Source: a virus
IMG/VR virus record: IMGVR_UViG_3300021139_000007
Coordinates: 5,290 to 69,289 of that record
DNA: 64,000 nt
Direction: 5' to 3' (one strand)
Shown here: positions 19,511-30,500 of the stretch, piece by piece
How positions within the stretch are numbered: position 1 is the stretch's first letter
Layout: every line of letters begins with the position of its first letter
Notes under the pieces: generated by a model
What the model was told of the DNA's origin: nothing
Seen by the model: only the letters and a program-made list of their open reading frames with translations
Database searches by the model: none
Position numbers and translations under genes: made by a program

Positions 19511-20551
19511 ATGTCAGATACAGCGAATAGTGCAATTGATAGTTTGGTATTAGATGCAGCAGCAAAAAATAACCAAGCAGTAGTTGAACCAATAGTTACG
19601 CCTACACCACCGCAAAACGAACCAACCCCACCTGCACCAAATAATGATGCACCAACGGATGACATTGCGGCTTTGAAAGCAGAATTAGAATTGCTTAAAA
19701 AAGAAAAGTTAGAAAGGGATAGCAACAAAGAGTTGTCACCCGAAGAAAAACAAAAGGAACAGGAACTTTATGAAGCAGAACTAATCAACTATGCTGTAAA
19801 GGAAGGGAAAATGAAATTGGAAGACTTCGATAAATATAAAGAGGTCAGTAAAGCTAACGATGCAGATTTAGTTTTCAACGAATTTAAAAAAGAGTTCAAA
19901 GAAGATAACCCTGATATTGATGATGAAGATTTTGAAGATGAAGCTAGAAGGGAGTTTGAAAACAAAACAGGGCTAAACAGCGACAACGAAAAGGTTAAGG
20001 CAAGGGCAGAAGCGAGGATTAAGAAACAAGCGGAAGAAATTAGAAACCCTTTAAAGATGCCTTATGAAACAACAAAAAAACAATTTGAAGAAGAAAGGGA
20101 TTTAAAAAAGACTTTCCCTGATTTTTCTAAAAAAATAGAAGGTTTATCACAAGAGTTTATCCCTTCAAAATACGAGTTCTTTAAAACGAAAGATGGTGAC
20201 GAAGATGTTTTAGTTGATTTGGATATTACAGATTCCGACAAAAAAGAAATTGCCGATACTGTTTCTAAAGAAATGACAAACCCCGAAATATACTTGTTAT
20301 ACAAGCAAGGTAAATTGGAAGAAATAAGAGATATAGCAAAAAGAAAAGCTGACAATCTTGTTTTTGAAAAATCTAAGGCACAAGGGCTTCAAAAGATAGC
20401 AAGTGTTTTTGAAACAAGAGGGAAAGCAAAGGCTTCAATCGGTGCTAAAAATTCATTCGCTTTAAATCAAAGTAAAAATTCATCAGCAGATAACGCTGTT
20501 GGACAAACAGGAAGAGAAGAGGTTTTAAGAAGTTTTGGAATAACACAATAA
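19511..20551 (+). CDS. capsid scaffolding protein
   Basis: acidic coiled-coil protein with Pro-rich N-terminus, immediately before the MCP. Confidence 0.7.
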   Translation: MSDTANSAIDSLVLDAAAKNNQAVVEPIVTPTPPQNEPTPPAPNNDAPTDDIAALKAELELLKKEKLERDSNKELSPEEKQKEQELYEAELINYAVKEGKMKLEDFDKYKEVSKANDADLVFNEFKKEFKEDNPDIDDEDFEDEARREFENKTGLNSDNEKVKARAEARIKKQAEEIRNPLKMPYETTKKQFEEERDLKKTFPDFSKKIEGLSQEFIPSKYEFFKTKDGDEDVLVDLDITDSDKKEIADTVSKEMTNPEIYLLYKQGKLEEIRDIAKRKADNLVFEKSKAQGLQKIASVFETRGKAKASIGAKNSFALNQSKNSSADNAVGQTGREEVLRSFGITQ

Positions 20552-20568
20552 TTATAAAATAAGAATAT

Positions 20569-22020
20569 ATGGCAAATCTTAATGTCTTTTATAGCGAAGC
20601 GAGTTCATTCTCGATTGACCAACCAATAGCAGGTCAAACACCCTTAGCTATGTACGATAGTTTGAAACAGGCTGCTTTGCTTCCTGAAATCAGACAGACA
20701 AGAAGCGGTGGTGGAGCACAAGTTATCATGCCTTACGATGAAAAAACTCCCGAAGCGTTGTTTTCTCAAATGCAAGCTGCATTTGGCACAGAAACAAGAA
20801 CTGCTAAATCAAGAGAATTTTATTGGTTAGAGTATGACAACTATGATTCATTGACTTTCGTAGTAGGTCAAGTAGCAGGTGGTGTTCCAGCAGCAGGTGT
20901 TCCTGTTACAGCTACAATTGCACCTTTAAGCCGTAGCCAATCAGGTAACTACACAAAACCAATCGAAGGTTTTTACGCATGGATTAAAGAGTTGAACAGA
21001 CAACAAGTAATCATTAGTGCTGTAAGCCCTTCATCCGACCAAGTAACACTAACTCCAATTAACGGTGAGGTTTTGAACCTTACTCAATATGGTCAATACA
21101 CAATCATCATTGACCCATTACGTCATTATACATTGGGTGATACAAACAACATTGCTACTGATGGTTTGGTTCTTAACCCACCTACAATGTATAAGGCTTA
21201 CGCCCAAAAGTTTGAAAAGGGTATTGCAGTAAACCAAGATGAAATTGACAACTACGTTTACACAAGGGAGTTCAAGGTTATCAAGGGTTTGAATACTCGT
21301 GGTGAAGCAGTTGATTACTTCTATGTACCTGCAATTCATGGTCAATTGGAAGCATTGATTCGTGATAACAAGAACTTGCAAACATTGTTCGGACGTAGGG
21401 ATAATGGAAACCAAAAAGGATTTGATGGTGTTGTTCCAACCGCAGAAAAATACGGTATGTTCAACGCAGGTTACGATATTTTCACAAACGTTTCATTGAA
21501 ACAAATTTTGTGGGGTATGATTAAAACCCTTCGCAGAGTGAACGGTTGTAACTCATACACATTAATGCACGATTTCTTGTTTTGGATGGATTGGAGTGAA
21601 AGCATTGGTGAATTGGTACAAGCATCTAAGCAATCATACAAGTATGCTTTGTTTGGAGAAGGTGGTACAGGTGCTAGAGATTTCAGCTACTTCTCTTTCA
21701 GTAAATTTGAAGCATTTGGATATGAGTTTATCCCTTATATGATTGATGCTTTTGACCACAGACGTTACGGTAACATTCTTGAATATTTTGCATTGTTAAT
21801 GCCTAATGCCAAGTTTAAAGACCAAAAGGGCGATACAGTACCGTTCCTTACTTATGTTCACCTTGAAGGTGCTGAACCTGCCAAAGTGGATAATATGTGG
21901 AACTATGACTTTAGAAAACAAGGTGGTAGAACGTTAGACTTCTACGTTTCAACAACATACGGAATTGAAATCCACGCACCTACAAGATTAGGTATCTTAA
22001 AGAAAACATCTACTCAATAG
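20569..22020 (+). CDS. major capsid protein
   Basis: 483 aa, position after scaffold, EFYWLE motif, LFG..GFDGVV pattern, codon usage suggesting high expression. Confidence 0.8.
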   Translation: MANLNVFYSEASSFSIDQPIAGQTPLAMYDSLKQAALLPEIRQTRSGGGAQVIMPYDEKTPEALFSQMQAAFGTETRTAKSREFYWLEYDNYDSLTFVVGQVAGGVPAAGVPVTATIAPLSRSQSGNYTKPIEGFYAWIKELNRQQVIISAVSPSSDQVTLTPINGEVLNLTQYGQYTIIIDPLRHYTLGDTNNIATDGLVLNPPTMYKAYAQKFEKGIAVNQDEIDNYVYTREFKVIKGLNTRGEAVDYFYVPAIHGQLEALIRDNKNLQTLFGRRDNGNQKGFDGVVPTAEKYGMFNAGYDIFTNVSLKQILWGMIKTLRRVNGCNSYTLMHDFLFWMDWSESIGELVQASKQSYKYALFGEGGTGARDFSYFSFSKFEAFGYEFIPYMIDAFDHRRYGNILEYFALLMPNAKFKDQKGDTVPFLTYVHLEGAEPAKVDNMWNYDFRKQGGRTLDFYVSTTYGIEIHAPTRLGILKKTSTQ

Positions 22021-22077
22021 TAGATGTTTTCTTCCGAAAGTTTTTTTTGATGAATTTTTTAATATAAAACGAAGTTT

Positions 22078-23106
22078 ATGTCAGGATATGTAATCCATGC
22101 AGGTAATTACACCCCAGAGAAAGTATTAATAAGCCATGTTGATAAAAGAACAGGTGAGCCAACAGGGGTAGATAGGTTTGAAGCCTATATCACAAATGGG
22201 GCGCAGTTAATACTCAATAGCTATATAGCATGGGGTAGAAGAATAAGGAACGATGAAAGGGATACAAAAACAGGCAAAGTAAAGAATGAAGCCTTTGAAA
22301 GAAGCCCAATTGAAATCACAGATGGTAAGTATCAAGGTGATATTGAGTTCTTAGAGTATGGTGACGTAAAAGGTCAATCTATTCATTGCAGGTATTTAAC
22401 CCAAAGCCGTTCATTGGATTACGAGTATCAGACAAACGTTCAAAAAGTAAGGGTTGACCCCGAAGGAAAGGACGGAACTTCTTTTATAGAGTTGAGGACA
22501 GGAGAAAACAAGTATGATTATAAGAAGCAAGGTCTTTTGATAACTTACTTGAAAAATCATCCTCAAAACAGAGATGCCAAATCAAAGAATCCTGACCCTA
22601 TTGTAAAAGGTCATGTATTTTGGGAAATGACAGACGAAATGGTTGATAAGACTTCAATAGATAAGATGGAAGCTGCCTTAGATGCAGGTTATTTTATCAA
22701 AAACTTATCAAACGATACGCAAGGGATAAGAAACCTATTTGAAATAGTAGGGCAAAGAGAAGAGTTTGGAGAAACAAATAATTTGTCAAACGATTCTGAA
22801 ATTTACAAAGTTCTTTTAAAATTCGCACAAGAAAAACCTAATGAATTTAATTCTTTAGTGGATGTGTTCAAACACAATTTTTCTGATGCAATTGAAATAG
22901 CTAAGTCTTTCAATGCTTTAGACCTTACAAAAGATGGAGTGATAGGATTCCTTCTTGAAGGTAAAAAGGTAATTGCATTTGAAGGAATTGAGGGTAAAGG
23001 AAACGCAATGGTTGAATATGTTTTCAATAATTACGCAACTGAAAAGGTTTACCCTAAAATAAAAGCCTTTATCACAATGACAAACAAGTTAAAAAGTACA
23101 AAATAA
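22078..23106 (+). CDS. hypothetical protein following the MCP
   Basis: 342 aa, YLKNHPQN motif; synteny with crAss-like head modules. Confidence 0.55.
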   Translation: MSGYVIHAGNYTPEKVLISHVDKRTGEPTGVDRFEAYITNGAQLILNSYIAWGRRIRNDERDTKTGKVKNEAFERSPIEITDGKYQGDIEFLEYGDVKGQSIHCRYLTQSRSLDYEYQTNVQKVRVDPEGKDGTSFIELRTGENKYDYKKQGLLITYLKNHPQNRDAKSKNPDPIVKGHVFWEMTDEMVDKTSIDKMEAALDAGYFIKNLSNDTQGIRNLFEIVGQREEFGETNNLSNDSEIYKVLLKFAQEKPNEFNSLVDVFKHNFSDAIEIAKSFNALDLTKDGVIGFLLEGKKVIAFEGIEGKGNAMVEYVFNNYATEKVYPKIKAFITMTNKLKSTK

Positions 23107-23117
23107 AAGTATAAATT

Positions 23118-23669
23118 ATGGCTACAACATTTATGATTCCTGCGTACGCTATTTATAAAGATACGCATTTAATCAACCTTGAAGAAATAGGGATAAACGT
23201 TAGTAAGATTCAAGGGTACTCCCCTAGAGTTTGTTGGGTTAAACGCTACGTTGTAGCAGGTCAAAACCAAGTACAGGCGTTATTGACTTTTGAAGTTACA
23301 TCAGCAGAGCAATTAGATTCTAACACGCTTCAAGGTCTATACCTAGAAATAGGTGACAAGGGTGTTGTTATTGATTGTATCAGTATTGACAACTTCTTGA
23401 ATGCAGCCGATGGGATAAGTAATATTACCCCTAGATACTACGGAAATGGCGGTATCCCTGCATTTACAGCCCCTACACCAACTTGTTACACAATTACAAG
23501 ATTGGATGATGCAAGTGCTTTTGCTCATGGTGTTGTATCGACTGATTATGTTAGTCAATATTTCGGAAACGTTAGTATGTACAGCCATATCACAGGTACT
23601 TCAATCTATAAGGTACAATCTTACACACCAATTGTTCCAATTGGAGGTGACGTAATTGGTACTTGCTAG
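23118..23669 (+). CDS. putative virion structural/decoration protein
   Basis: 183 aa beta-rich; last gene before a strong terminator. Confidence 0.5.
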   Translation: MATTFMIPAYAIYKDTHLINLEEIGINVSKIQGYSPRVCWVKRYVVAGQNQVQALLTFEVTSAEQLDSNTLQGLYLEIGDKGVVIDCISIDNFLNAADGISNITPRYYGNGGIPAFTAPTPTCYTITRLDDASAFAHGVVSTDYVSQYFGNVSMYSHITGTSIYKVQSYTPIVPIGGDVIGTC

Positions 23670-23705
23670 TAGGTAACGAACAATACAAATAATTCCCCAA
23701 GTGAT

Positions 23706-23736
23706 AAAGGGTATCTCAATTGGGATACCCTTTTTT
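23706..23736 (+). terminator. intrinsic terminator
   Basis: aaagggtatc-tcaattgg-gataccc-tttttt. Confidence 0.8.
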
Positions 23737-23753
23737 ATTAAAATTAATTTTTT

Positions 23754-24662
23754 ATGCCAAGTTTGCAGATTAACTCGACAAACATAAATACATTCAATTT
23801 TACAGCTTCATTTGACATAAAGAATAAGCAGGTAATATTTAATGCAAGCGGAACAACTTATAATGGTGCTAGTGGGTCGGGTGACTTATATGTACAAGGT
23901 ATTGCATTTTCTTTGATAGACCAAGATAATACACCTTTGGCGGTTATAGATTGGACTAACCCTCAATTGCCTACCCCTGCTACTAATGCTATTTATACAC
24001 TTGACTTATCAAATGTAAACCTTGCTTATCTATTTCAAACTTATAGGATTGTAGGTGCGATAAAAGACCAAGACGGTACTGTTTACTCTACATTGCCTGT
24101 ATTCAAGAAGGTAGTTCAACCTGACGGTATAATTGATGATGGAAGTATTGGTGGTATATTTCAACTCATTCCTGATTGTGTAAATGGTAATATCACATTA
24201 AAAGACTTAACCCCCTATTATTACAATTATTTTTTGCCTACAACTATAACAAAGAATGGTTCTTTATTTTATCCAACAGGTACAATAGCTTCCGTTCCGT
24301 TTACTTATACCCCTTTTGTAAACAATTACGTTATTTCAGGAGAGTATAGGGTAAATAATACAAGTATAGCTACTTATGATTTCGGTGATGGGGTTTATGT
24401 TATTCTTACCTATATAACAAGTTCCCCTTATCAAGTTGTTTGCAATCAATTAATGTCAACTATTCTTTGTTGCATTACAGATGTGCAAAATCAAATGAAT
24501 AAGAATTGTGGCAATGCAATAGGGATGGCTGCTAAAGATAAATTAACAGCAGTAGTTGTACCTTTGATAGCAGGTTTTATTGCAGAACAAAGTGGAGTTG
24601 ATGCTTCATATCAAGTCGTTCAGATAAAGAAGATTTTAGGGTGTGATTGTGGGTGTCAATAA
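23754..24662 (+). CDS. virion structural protein with Cys-rich C-terminus
   Basis: beta-rich T/N/Y composition, ends GCDCGCQ. Confidence 0.55.
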   Translation: MPSLQINSTNINTFNFTASFDIKNKQVIFNASGTTYNGASGSGDLYVQGIAFSLIDQDNTPLAVIDWTNPQLPTPATNAIYTLDLSNVNLAYLFQTYRIVGAIKDQDGTVYSTLPVFKKVVQPDGIIDDGSIGGIFQLIPDCVNGNITLKDLTPYYYNYFLPTTITKNGSLFYPTGTIASVPFTYTPFVNNYVISGEYRVNNTSIATYDFGDGVYVILTYITSSPYQVVCNQLMSTILCCITDVQNQMNKNCGNAIGMAAKDKLTAVVVPLIAGFIAEQSGVDASYQVVQIKKILGCDCGCQ

Positions 24663-24681
24663 TAAGATTAAAAATTAAAAA

Positions 24682-25419
24682 ATGGCTACAAGTAGGTGTT
24701 CATTAAATAATATGCTTCAAAGTATTCTTTCGGTTGCCAATGCCGAACAGAATATGGCTTTCCCTCCTCTAGTCTATCAAAACATTTACAATGCTGCATC
24801 TTCAATGCTTTTATCAAAATTGATAAATGAGTTCCCTACTTCGGCACAAAATGTTGATTTATTGCAACCTTTTATGGTTACAAGTAAAATACACGCAACA
24901 AATGGGTTTATACAATTACCTGACGATTACAGGAACTTATTAGGTAACCCAAGTGTAAACCTAAGACCTGATGGTAGTGATTGCGATGGAAGCGGTGGTG
25001 AAATAAAAACAGATGCACAATTTAGTAATGAAATATTAAAGGCAGGGTGCAAGTCAAGACCTTTGGTTATAGTAAATCAAAGCGAATGGGATTTGAAAAC
25101 AACTTCAACGTATCGTTTCCCAACAATAGACAACCCTATTGGTGCAATGTTTGGTCAAAATAAAATAAAGGTTTGTCCTTATGATTTACCAAGTGTAGAA
25201 GTAAGGTATGCACAACAAGAAACAGAGTATATCTATGGTTATTTAATGCAGCCTGACGATACTTATATTTTCGACCCAACAACAACAGTTGATAGTATTT
25301 GGGGTTCTAATGCCTTTGATAAATTATTCCCAATGATAGTATTTCTTTACAGCGAATATACAAGGGATAATTCATTAAGAGATTTTACAACACTATTAGC
25401 ACAGAGAGGATTTGTTTAG
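24682..25419 (+). CDS. putative head-tail adaptor/tail ring protein
   Basis: size and position; FIQLPDDY..PTIDNPI..VRY pattern of tail tubular proteins. Confidence 0.6.
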   Translation: MATSRCSLNNMLQSILSVANAEQNMAFPPLVYQNIYNAASSMLLSKLINEFPTSAQNVDLLQPFMVTSKIHATNGFIQLPDDYRNLLGNPSVNLRPDGSDCDGSGGEIKTDAQFSNEILKAGCKSRPLVIVNQSEWDLKTTSTYRFPTIDNPIGAMFGQNKIKVCPYDLPSVEVRYAQQETEYIYGYLMQPDDTYIFDPTTTVDSIWGSNAFDKLFPMIVFLYSEYTRDNSLRDFTTLLAQRGFV

Positions 25420-25431
25420 TAACTTTGCTGA

Positions 25432-25749
25432 ATGAATACGTTCTTTATATTGATTAGCTTTTTGATATTCGTTATACTTCAATCATTTTTTATCAATGGG
25501 GTTAAGTACTCTATGGGTAAAGGGATGATTTTAGAGGGATTATCTAATTGGTTAAGAATTAAGTTAGGTGACTATTGGTTCAAGCCTTTTGGCGGGTGTG
25601 TAGCTTGTATGGCTAGTGTCTATGGTACTATTTCCTATTGGGCTGCAATATTACCTATCTTTGGGGCTAACGTTTATGAAATTGAAATTTGGATATTTGA
25701 TATTTTTATTTTAGTTTCTATTAATTTTATTATCTACAAACAATTATAA
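25432..25749 (+). CDS. small membrane protein with CxxC (DUF1360-like)
   Basis: hydrophobic segments, KPFGGCVACMASVYG; TAACTTTG at 25420-25427. Confidence 0.55.
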   Translation: MNTFFILISFLIFVILQSFFINGVKYSMGKGMILEGLSNWLRIKLGDYWFKPFGGCVACMASVYGTISYWAAILPIFGANVYEIEIWIFDIFILVSINFIIYKQL

Positions 25750-26412
25750 ATGTATATAAAACAATTATCGGAAGTACTTTTCACATTTTATAATAATGGG
25801 AAAAACGAAGCCACTAATCAGGCTTTGAAGCAAGAAGATATTGACCAATATACAAAGGTTGCCTTTGGAAACATAATGAGAAGGCTTTATTATACCGAAA
25901 AGAAAAACCAACGGATTAATGAAAACTTCTTTGTTTCTACGATACTTTCTTCAATAACTTTCCCACTTTCAGATGCTACATCTAATGGGATGAGAAGGGC
26001 TGATATGAGTAAATTTGATTTGTATAGGCTTCCTGAAAACGCTCATATAGTAAATGTGTACCCTTTAGGTTGTGGGAACGAACAAGGTAAATCTTTATCA
26101 CAAATTGCAGCAGGGGAAGAATATTTTTATTTAGGTGCAGAATATCGTTTCTTTAAATTCTTTACAATAAAAGGTAGAGGTATTAACACTTATAATATAG
26201 AAAGTTGTGTCAAGGAAGTTGAAGTTGAAGCAACATTCGACATTGCAGATGTAGATGTTAGTTTTGATATTTGTTACGATGTAGCTACAGAAGTATTAGG
26301 TGTCGCATTAAGATTGCCTGACTACCAAAAACAAGTTGATAATAGTTATAGTGAACCTCAAAAAGTGTTACGCCAAAAACTAGGCGCACCACAACAACCT
26401 AACTTAGAATAA
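25750..26412 (+). CDS. putative tail ring protein
   Basis: 220 aa, position within the tail module. Confidence 0.5.
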   Translation: MYIKQLSEVLFTFYNNGKNEATNQALKQEDIDQYTKVAFGNIMRRLYYTEKKNQRINENFFVSTILSSITFPLSDATSNGMRRADMSKFDLYRLPENAHIVNVYPLGCGNEQGKSLSQIAAGEEYFYLGAEYRFFKFFTIKGRGINTYNIESCVKEVEVEATFDIADVDVSFDICYDVATEVLGVALRLPDYQKQVDNSYSEPQKVLRQKLGAPQQPNLE

Positions 26413-27560
26413 TGGCAAAATTAATACCGATAGAAACAGTTGTTGATAAACTTTGTCAACGTAATGAAGATACATTAAGGCGTAAAAAAGGTCTTTATCT
26501 ATCCTTATGCGAGGAAGTGTGGAATGACTTGAATGAAGGGGTTTTAAGGATGGCAGAAAGAGTAAAAATACCAATAAGAGAAGTCTATCACATAAACAAA
26601 AGAACTAACTCAATTGATTTGCCTTGCAATGCACTTAGGGTTTGTTCTGTAAACGTAATAGACCATCATGGGAACTTTCATCCGATATACAGGAATGAAA
26701 GACTTACAGATGACTTGGTAGATGTAGGTAATACTAGCATTTGCGAACATGGTTGTAGTCATAAACTTTGCAATACTATAAAGGGATATGAAGCAGTTAC
26801 TTCTATAAAATCTGACTTTTTACCTGACGGTAGCCCTATATCTTTTAATTGTACTGACAGAAAAGGTCTTTTAGATGGTTATTTTTATTCTGAAACACAA
26901 TTCCCATTAAGAGTTTACATGAGTGGTGTTTGGACTGATACCATAAAGCAAACAGAATTAGTAAAACATTGTAAGTTAGAACTAGACGAAAAAGGGTGTA
27001 TTAAAGATTCCCCTGAAAACATAGAAAACGTTTGCAATACTTGTGGCATAAAAAGTGATAACTATATCCCTTATGGTGGTTCTGCAAGTTGCCCACCTAA
27101 AGGTAGTCATGCAGAAGAATGGATTTACTATTGTAACAACAATATGGATTGGTTTAATACACAATGTGGGGGTTATCCAAGAGGTAGAAGAAATGAATTT
27201 AAGAACATATACAACATTAGTGAATTAGGCAATAGGCTTATTTTCCCACATGATTTTGGATGGGATAAGGTCATGGTTAGGTTTTATTCAGACATTAGTT
27301 TACAAGACCTACAAATACCTTATTTCGCAATGGAATGTTTTATGGCAGGACTACAATACTTCGCCACAACAAACAATGACAATAAGCAACAATTGGCAAA
27401 GATGTATGAAGCAAACTACTCTAAAAGAAAGAAAGGTTTATTCTTATATTTAAACCAATACAGAATCGCAGAATTAGCCGAAATAGTATCACCTCATGTA
27501 TATGTACCATCATATAATCAAGGTAACAGAGGTGTGTTTGGTGACTTTTATGGAATATAA
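26412..27560 (+). CDS. putative tail ring protein with Cys-rich insertion
   Basis: SIDLPCN..VCSV N-part and LQIP..helical C-part flank a Cys-rich middle (16 Cys total). Confidence 0.5.
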   Translation: MAKLIPIETVVDKLCQRNEDTLRRKKGLYLSLCEEVWNDLNEGVLRMAERVKIPIREVYHINKRTNSIDLPCNALRVCSVNVIDHHGNFHPIYRNERLTDDLVDVGNTSICEHGCSHKLCNTIKGYEAVTSIKSDFLPDGSPISFNCTDRKGLLDGYFYSETQFPLRVYMSGVWTDTIKQTELVKHCKLELDEKGCIKDSPENIENVCNTCGIKSDNYIPYGGSASCPPKGSHAEEWIYYCNNNMDWFNTQCGGYPRGRRNEFKNIYNISELGNRLIFPHDFGWDKVMVRFYSDISLQDLQIPYFAMECFMAGLQYFATTNNDNKQQLAKMYEANYSKRKKGLFLYLNQYRIAELAEIVSPHVYVPSYNQGNRGVFGDFYGI

Positions 27561-27569
27561 AAAAATTAT

Positions 27570-30500
27570 TTGATGCCCCAACAACAAGATAGCGTAAAGC
27601 CTTTATTTTTAAATTTAGATTCTTCTTTTGAAACAATGCAAAAGAACGAATCCCCATTTATAAAAGATTGGACATGGCAAATCAATGGGAATGCTAACCT
27701 CCCAACAGGTACAGGTAACCCATCAGGAGAAGGACAAAATGAATTTGCACTTACACCTTCAAGGGGTAATCAACAATTAACTTCACCTGCACTACCATCA
27801 GGCTTCAATAAGTGTGTAGGTTCTTTTGAAAGCACACTAACAAAAGAAAATTATTATTTTAATTATAACGATAATGGTAATCATGGGATTTATGTAATAA
27901 GCGGTGATGACTTATCTATTCAAAAAGTAGTTGTTGATTCAAACCTAAATTTTACAGAAGACCAAGAAAGCTACTTTTCAGAACATAGAGTTACGTTAAG
28001 AGTAAGGTATGACGAAAACAAAAACATAATTGAAAAATATCTTATCGCAACAAATGGGAATAGATGGCAATTATGGATTGATGTTTTAGCTGCAATAGCA
28101 ACAGATGGGTATAATACTTCTTATTATACTTTACAGCCACCTTTATTTGATAGAAGGGAATTATTGGAATATCCTGTAAGACCACCTATGCAAGAAATTA
28201 CGGCTGTGTCTTCATTTAATTCAGGATTAAATACTATTAACAATGTAGTTGATACTGCTTTTGAATTTTGTTATCAATTTGTATTAACTGATGGCAGGGA
28301 AAGTGTGGTTGCCCCTTTTTCTGTACCTTATATAATTCAAACAGAATCATTTTCTTCCAATAGTTCAATACTACCTAACGAGTGGATTCTTAAACTTTAT
28401 GCAGGTAGTTGTTTAGTTGAAAAGATAAATATATTTTACCGATATACAAAAAAACAACAAGACGTAAATAGTTTTGTAACATGGAGTGATTGGTATTTAT
28501 ACGATACTATTTTTAAGTTTGGAACAAACATACCTAATCAATATTGGACAAGAACAAATGAGTGGGCTATACCAAACTATAACCCAGAAGTAACAGGATA
28601 CGATTCGACTAATAATATCCTTTCGTATGTATTTGATAATACTAAGTTGGGTCAAATAACAGACCAATCATTATTTGCATTGGTTCAATCAGGAATGCCA
28701 ATTAAAAGCGTTGGATTAAGCGATTTAGGCGATTCTATACTATTAGGTAATAACCAATACGGTTATGATAATATCCCTACTGAAATAACTAATAAAATAA
28801 ATGTTTCAGTTCAAGAGGGCGGCTCTAATGCTTGTGTAATACCTACAAAGAAAGTAAGACTATACGGAGTAGTAGTTGGAGGTGTAAGAGGTGTCGCAAA
28901 CGATTATTTCCAAGTAGGTTATTATAATAGTGCGGATAGTATAGGGATGCGTATTGGTGGAGTTTTCCATGATGGTTCTATAGAATTAGACCAATCAGCA
29001 GATTTTAAAATGACATTTGGGTCTAATGGAGAAAATAACGCTTATGTGTGTTATTTTAAAGGAACTCCATATTACTCGGTAGGAAAATGGTATCAAGTAA
29101 ATTCAGATTACTCTTTAGTACCAATATTGTCAAATTTAGATTATAGTAATGCAGGTACAAAGCCTTACATAAACAGCGTAATATCTAATGGTGGTTTTTT
29201 TGTTTGTGTATTTGATTTTGAAGTTCCATCTGGCATATACATGGCTTGTATAGGTAGGCATAATGTTAGCCTAAATAATGACTTTAGAGGGCAAAGTAGT
29301 TATGTATTAGGTCTTACCACATCTACTTTAGTCAAAAGTAATGGTCATAATCCAAATACATTTTCAAAAGAAATGTATGTAGATTGCACAAGTACAGGTA
29401 ATTATGACCAATGGGGGAACACAAACGATTGTTTCCTTTTATTCACCCCTTTTACAATGGATTCTCCATTCCACTTTACAGAGGGTTATGTTAATGATGA
29501 TAGGACACATAATTCACCTTATGAATTATTGGCTACAGGAGTAGATGCAGGTTTTTTAAGAGGGGGAAGGATTACAGATAAAAATGGTTTTTATTGGAAT
29601 CTTTGTGCAGGTAGTGGGGCAAATTCAAATACCCATTTATATGGGTGTTTCACTTGTGGTACACCTTCAACTATATCAATTACAGGAACTTGTGGTGGCG
29701 ATGGGTGGTGCGTTCAATCGTTAGTTTATGTACAGGATATAGTTGGAATTTCTTACAATATAAACGTTAATACATTTTTATATACAATCAAAATAACTGA
29801 TAGTACAGGTCTTATTCCATATTCTAATATAAGTGTGACATTAAGCGATGGTTCTACTAAAGCAACAGATGTAACAGGTAATGCTACATTTGTTTTTCAT
29901 AATCCAAGTAGCAATTCAGCAAGAGGAAGTATAGGCAATGTAATGGTTTCCCAAAATTACATCATCATTAATGGTGCGAGTAATTTTGTTGTCACAGAAA
30001 TAGGTTGCGGATATATCTCTGGCGTAACATTACCTTCTTTAACTTGTTCTACTACTCAACAAACGATAGAGTATCCTACTTACCCACTTGCAGTAAACAT
30101 AGTATTCAATCAATATACAAGTTTAAAGCAACAAGGTTCTTATTCAATAGGTGCTGTATTGGCTGACTTAGCAGGTAGGGTTACTTCTGTTCAAAAGATT
30201 ACAGATATTGGAGTGCCATCATTTGTAAGTAGGCAAGATACTAAACCAACTTATTTTCAATGGACTTTGAGTAGTGGGCTAAACCTTAATACTTATCCAA
30301 CAACAAAAGATGCTGCTTATTTAGGTTTATTTGTAACAAAAGCAATAAACTATAAAAAGTATATTCAATGGGTAGGTGATAGTATCGTTTACTATAACGC
30401 TTCGGGTAATGTTGTTACTGATACAGCTTTAGCTACTTATTGTGCAATATCAATGATGTCTTTATTAGATGCGAACATAAAGAACAATCTAAATCTTTTA

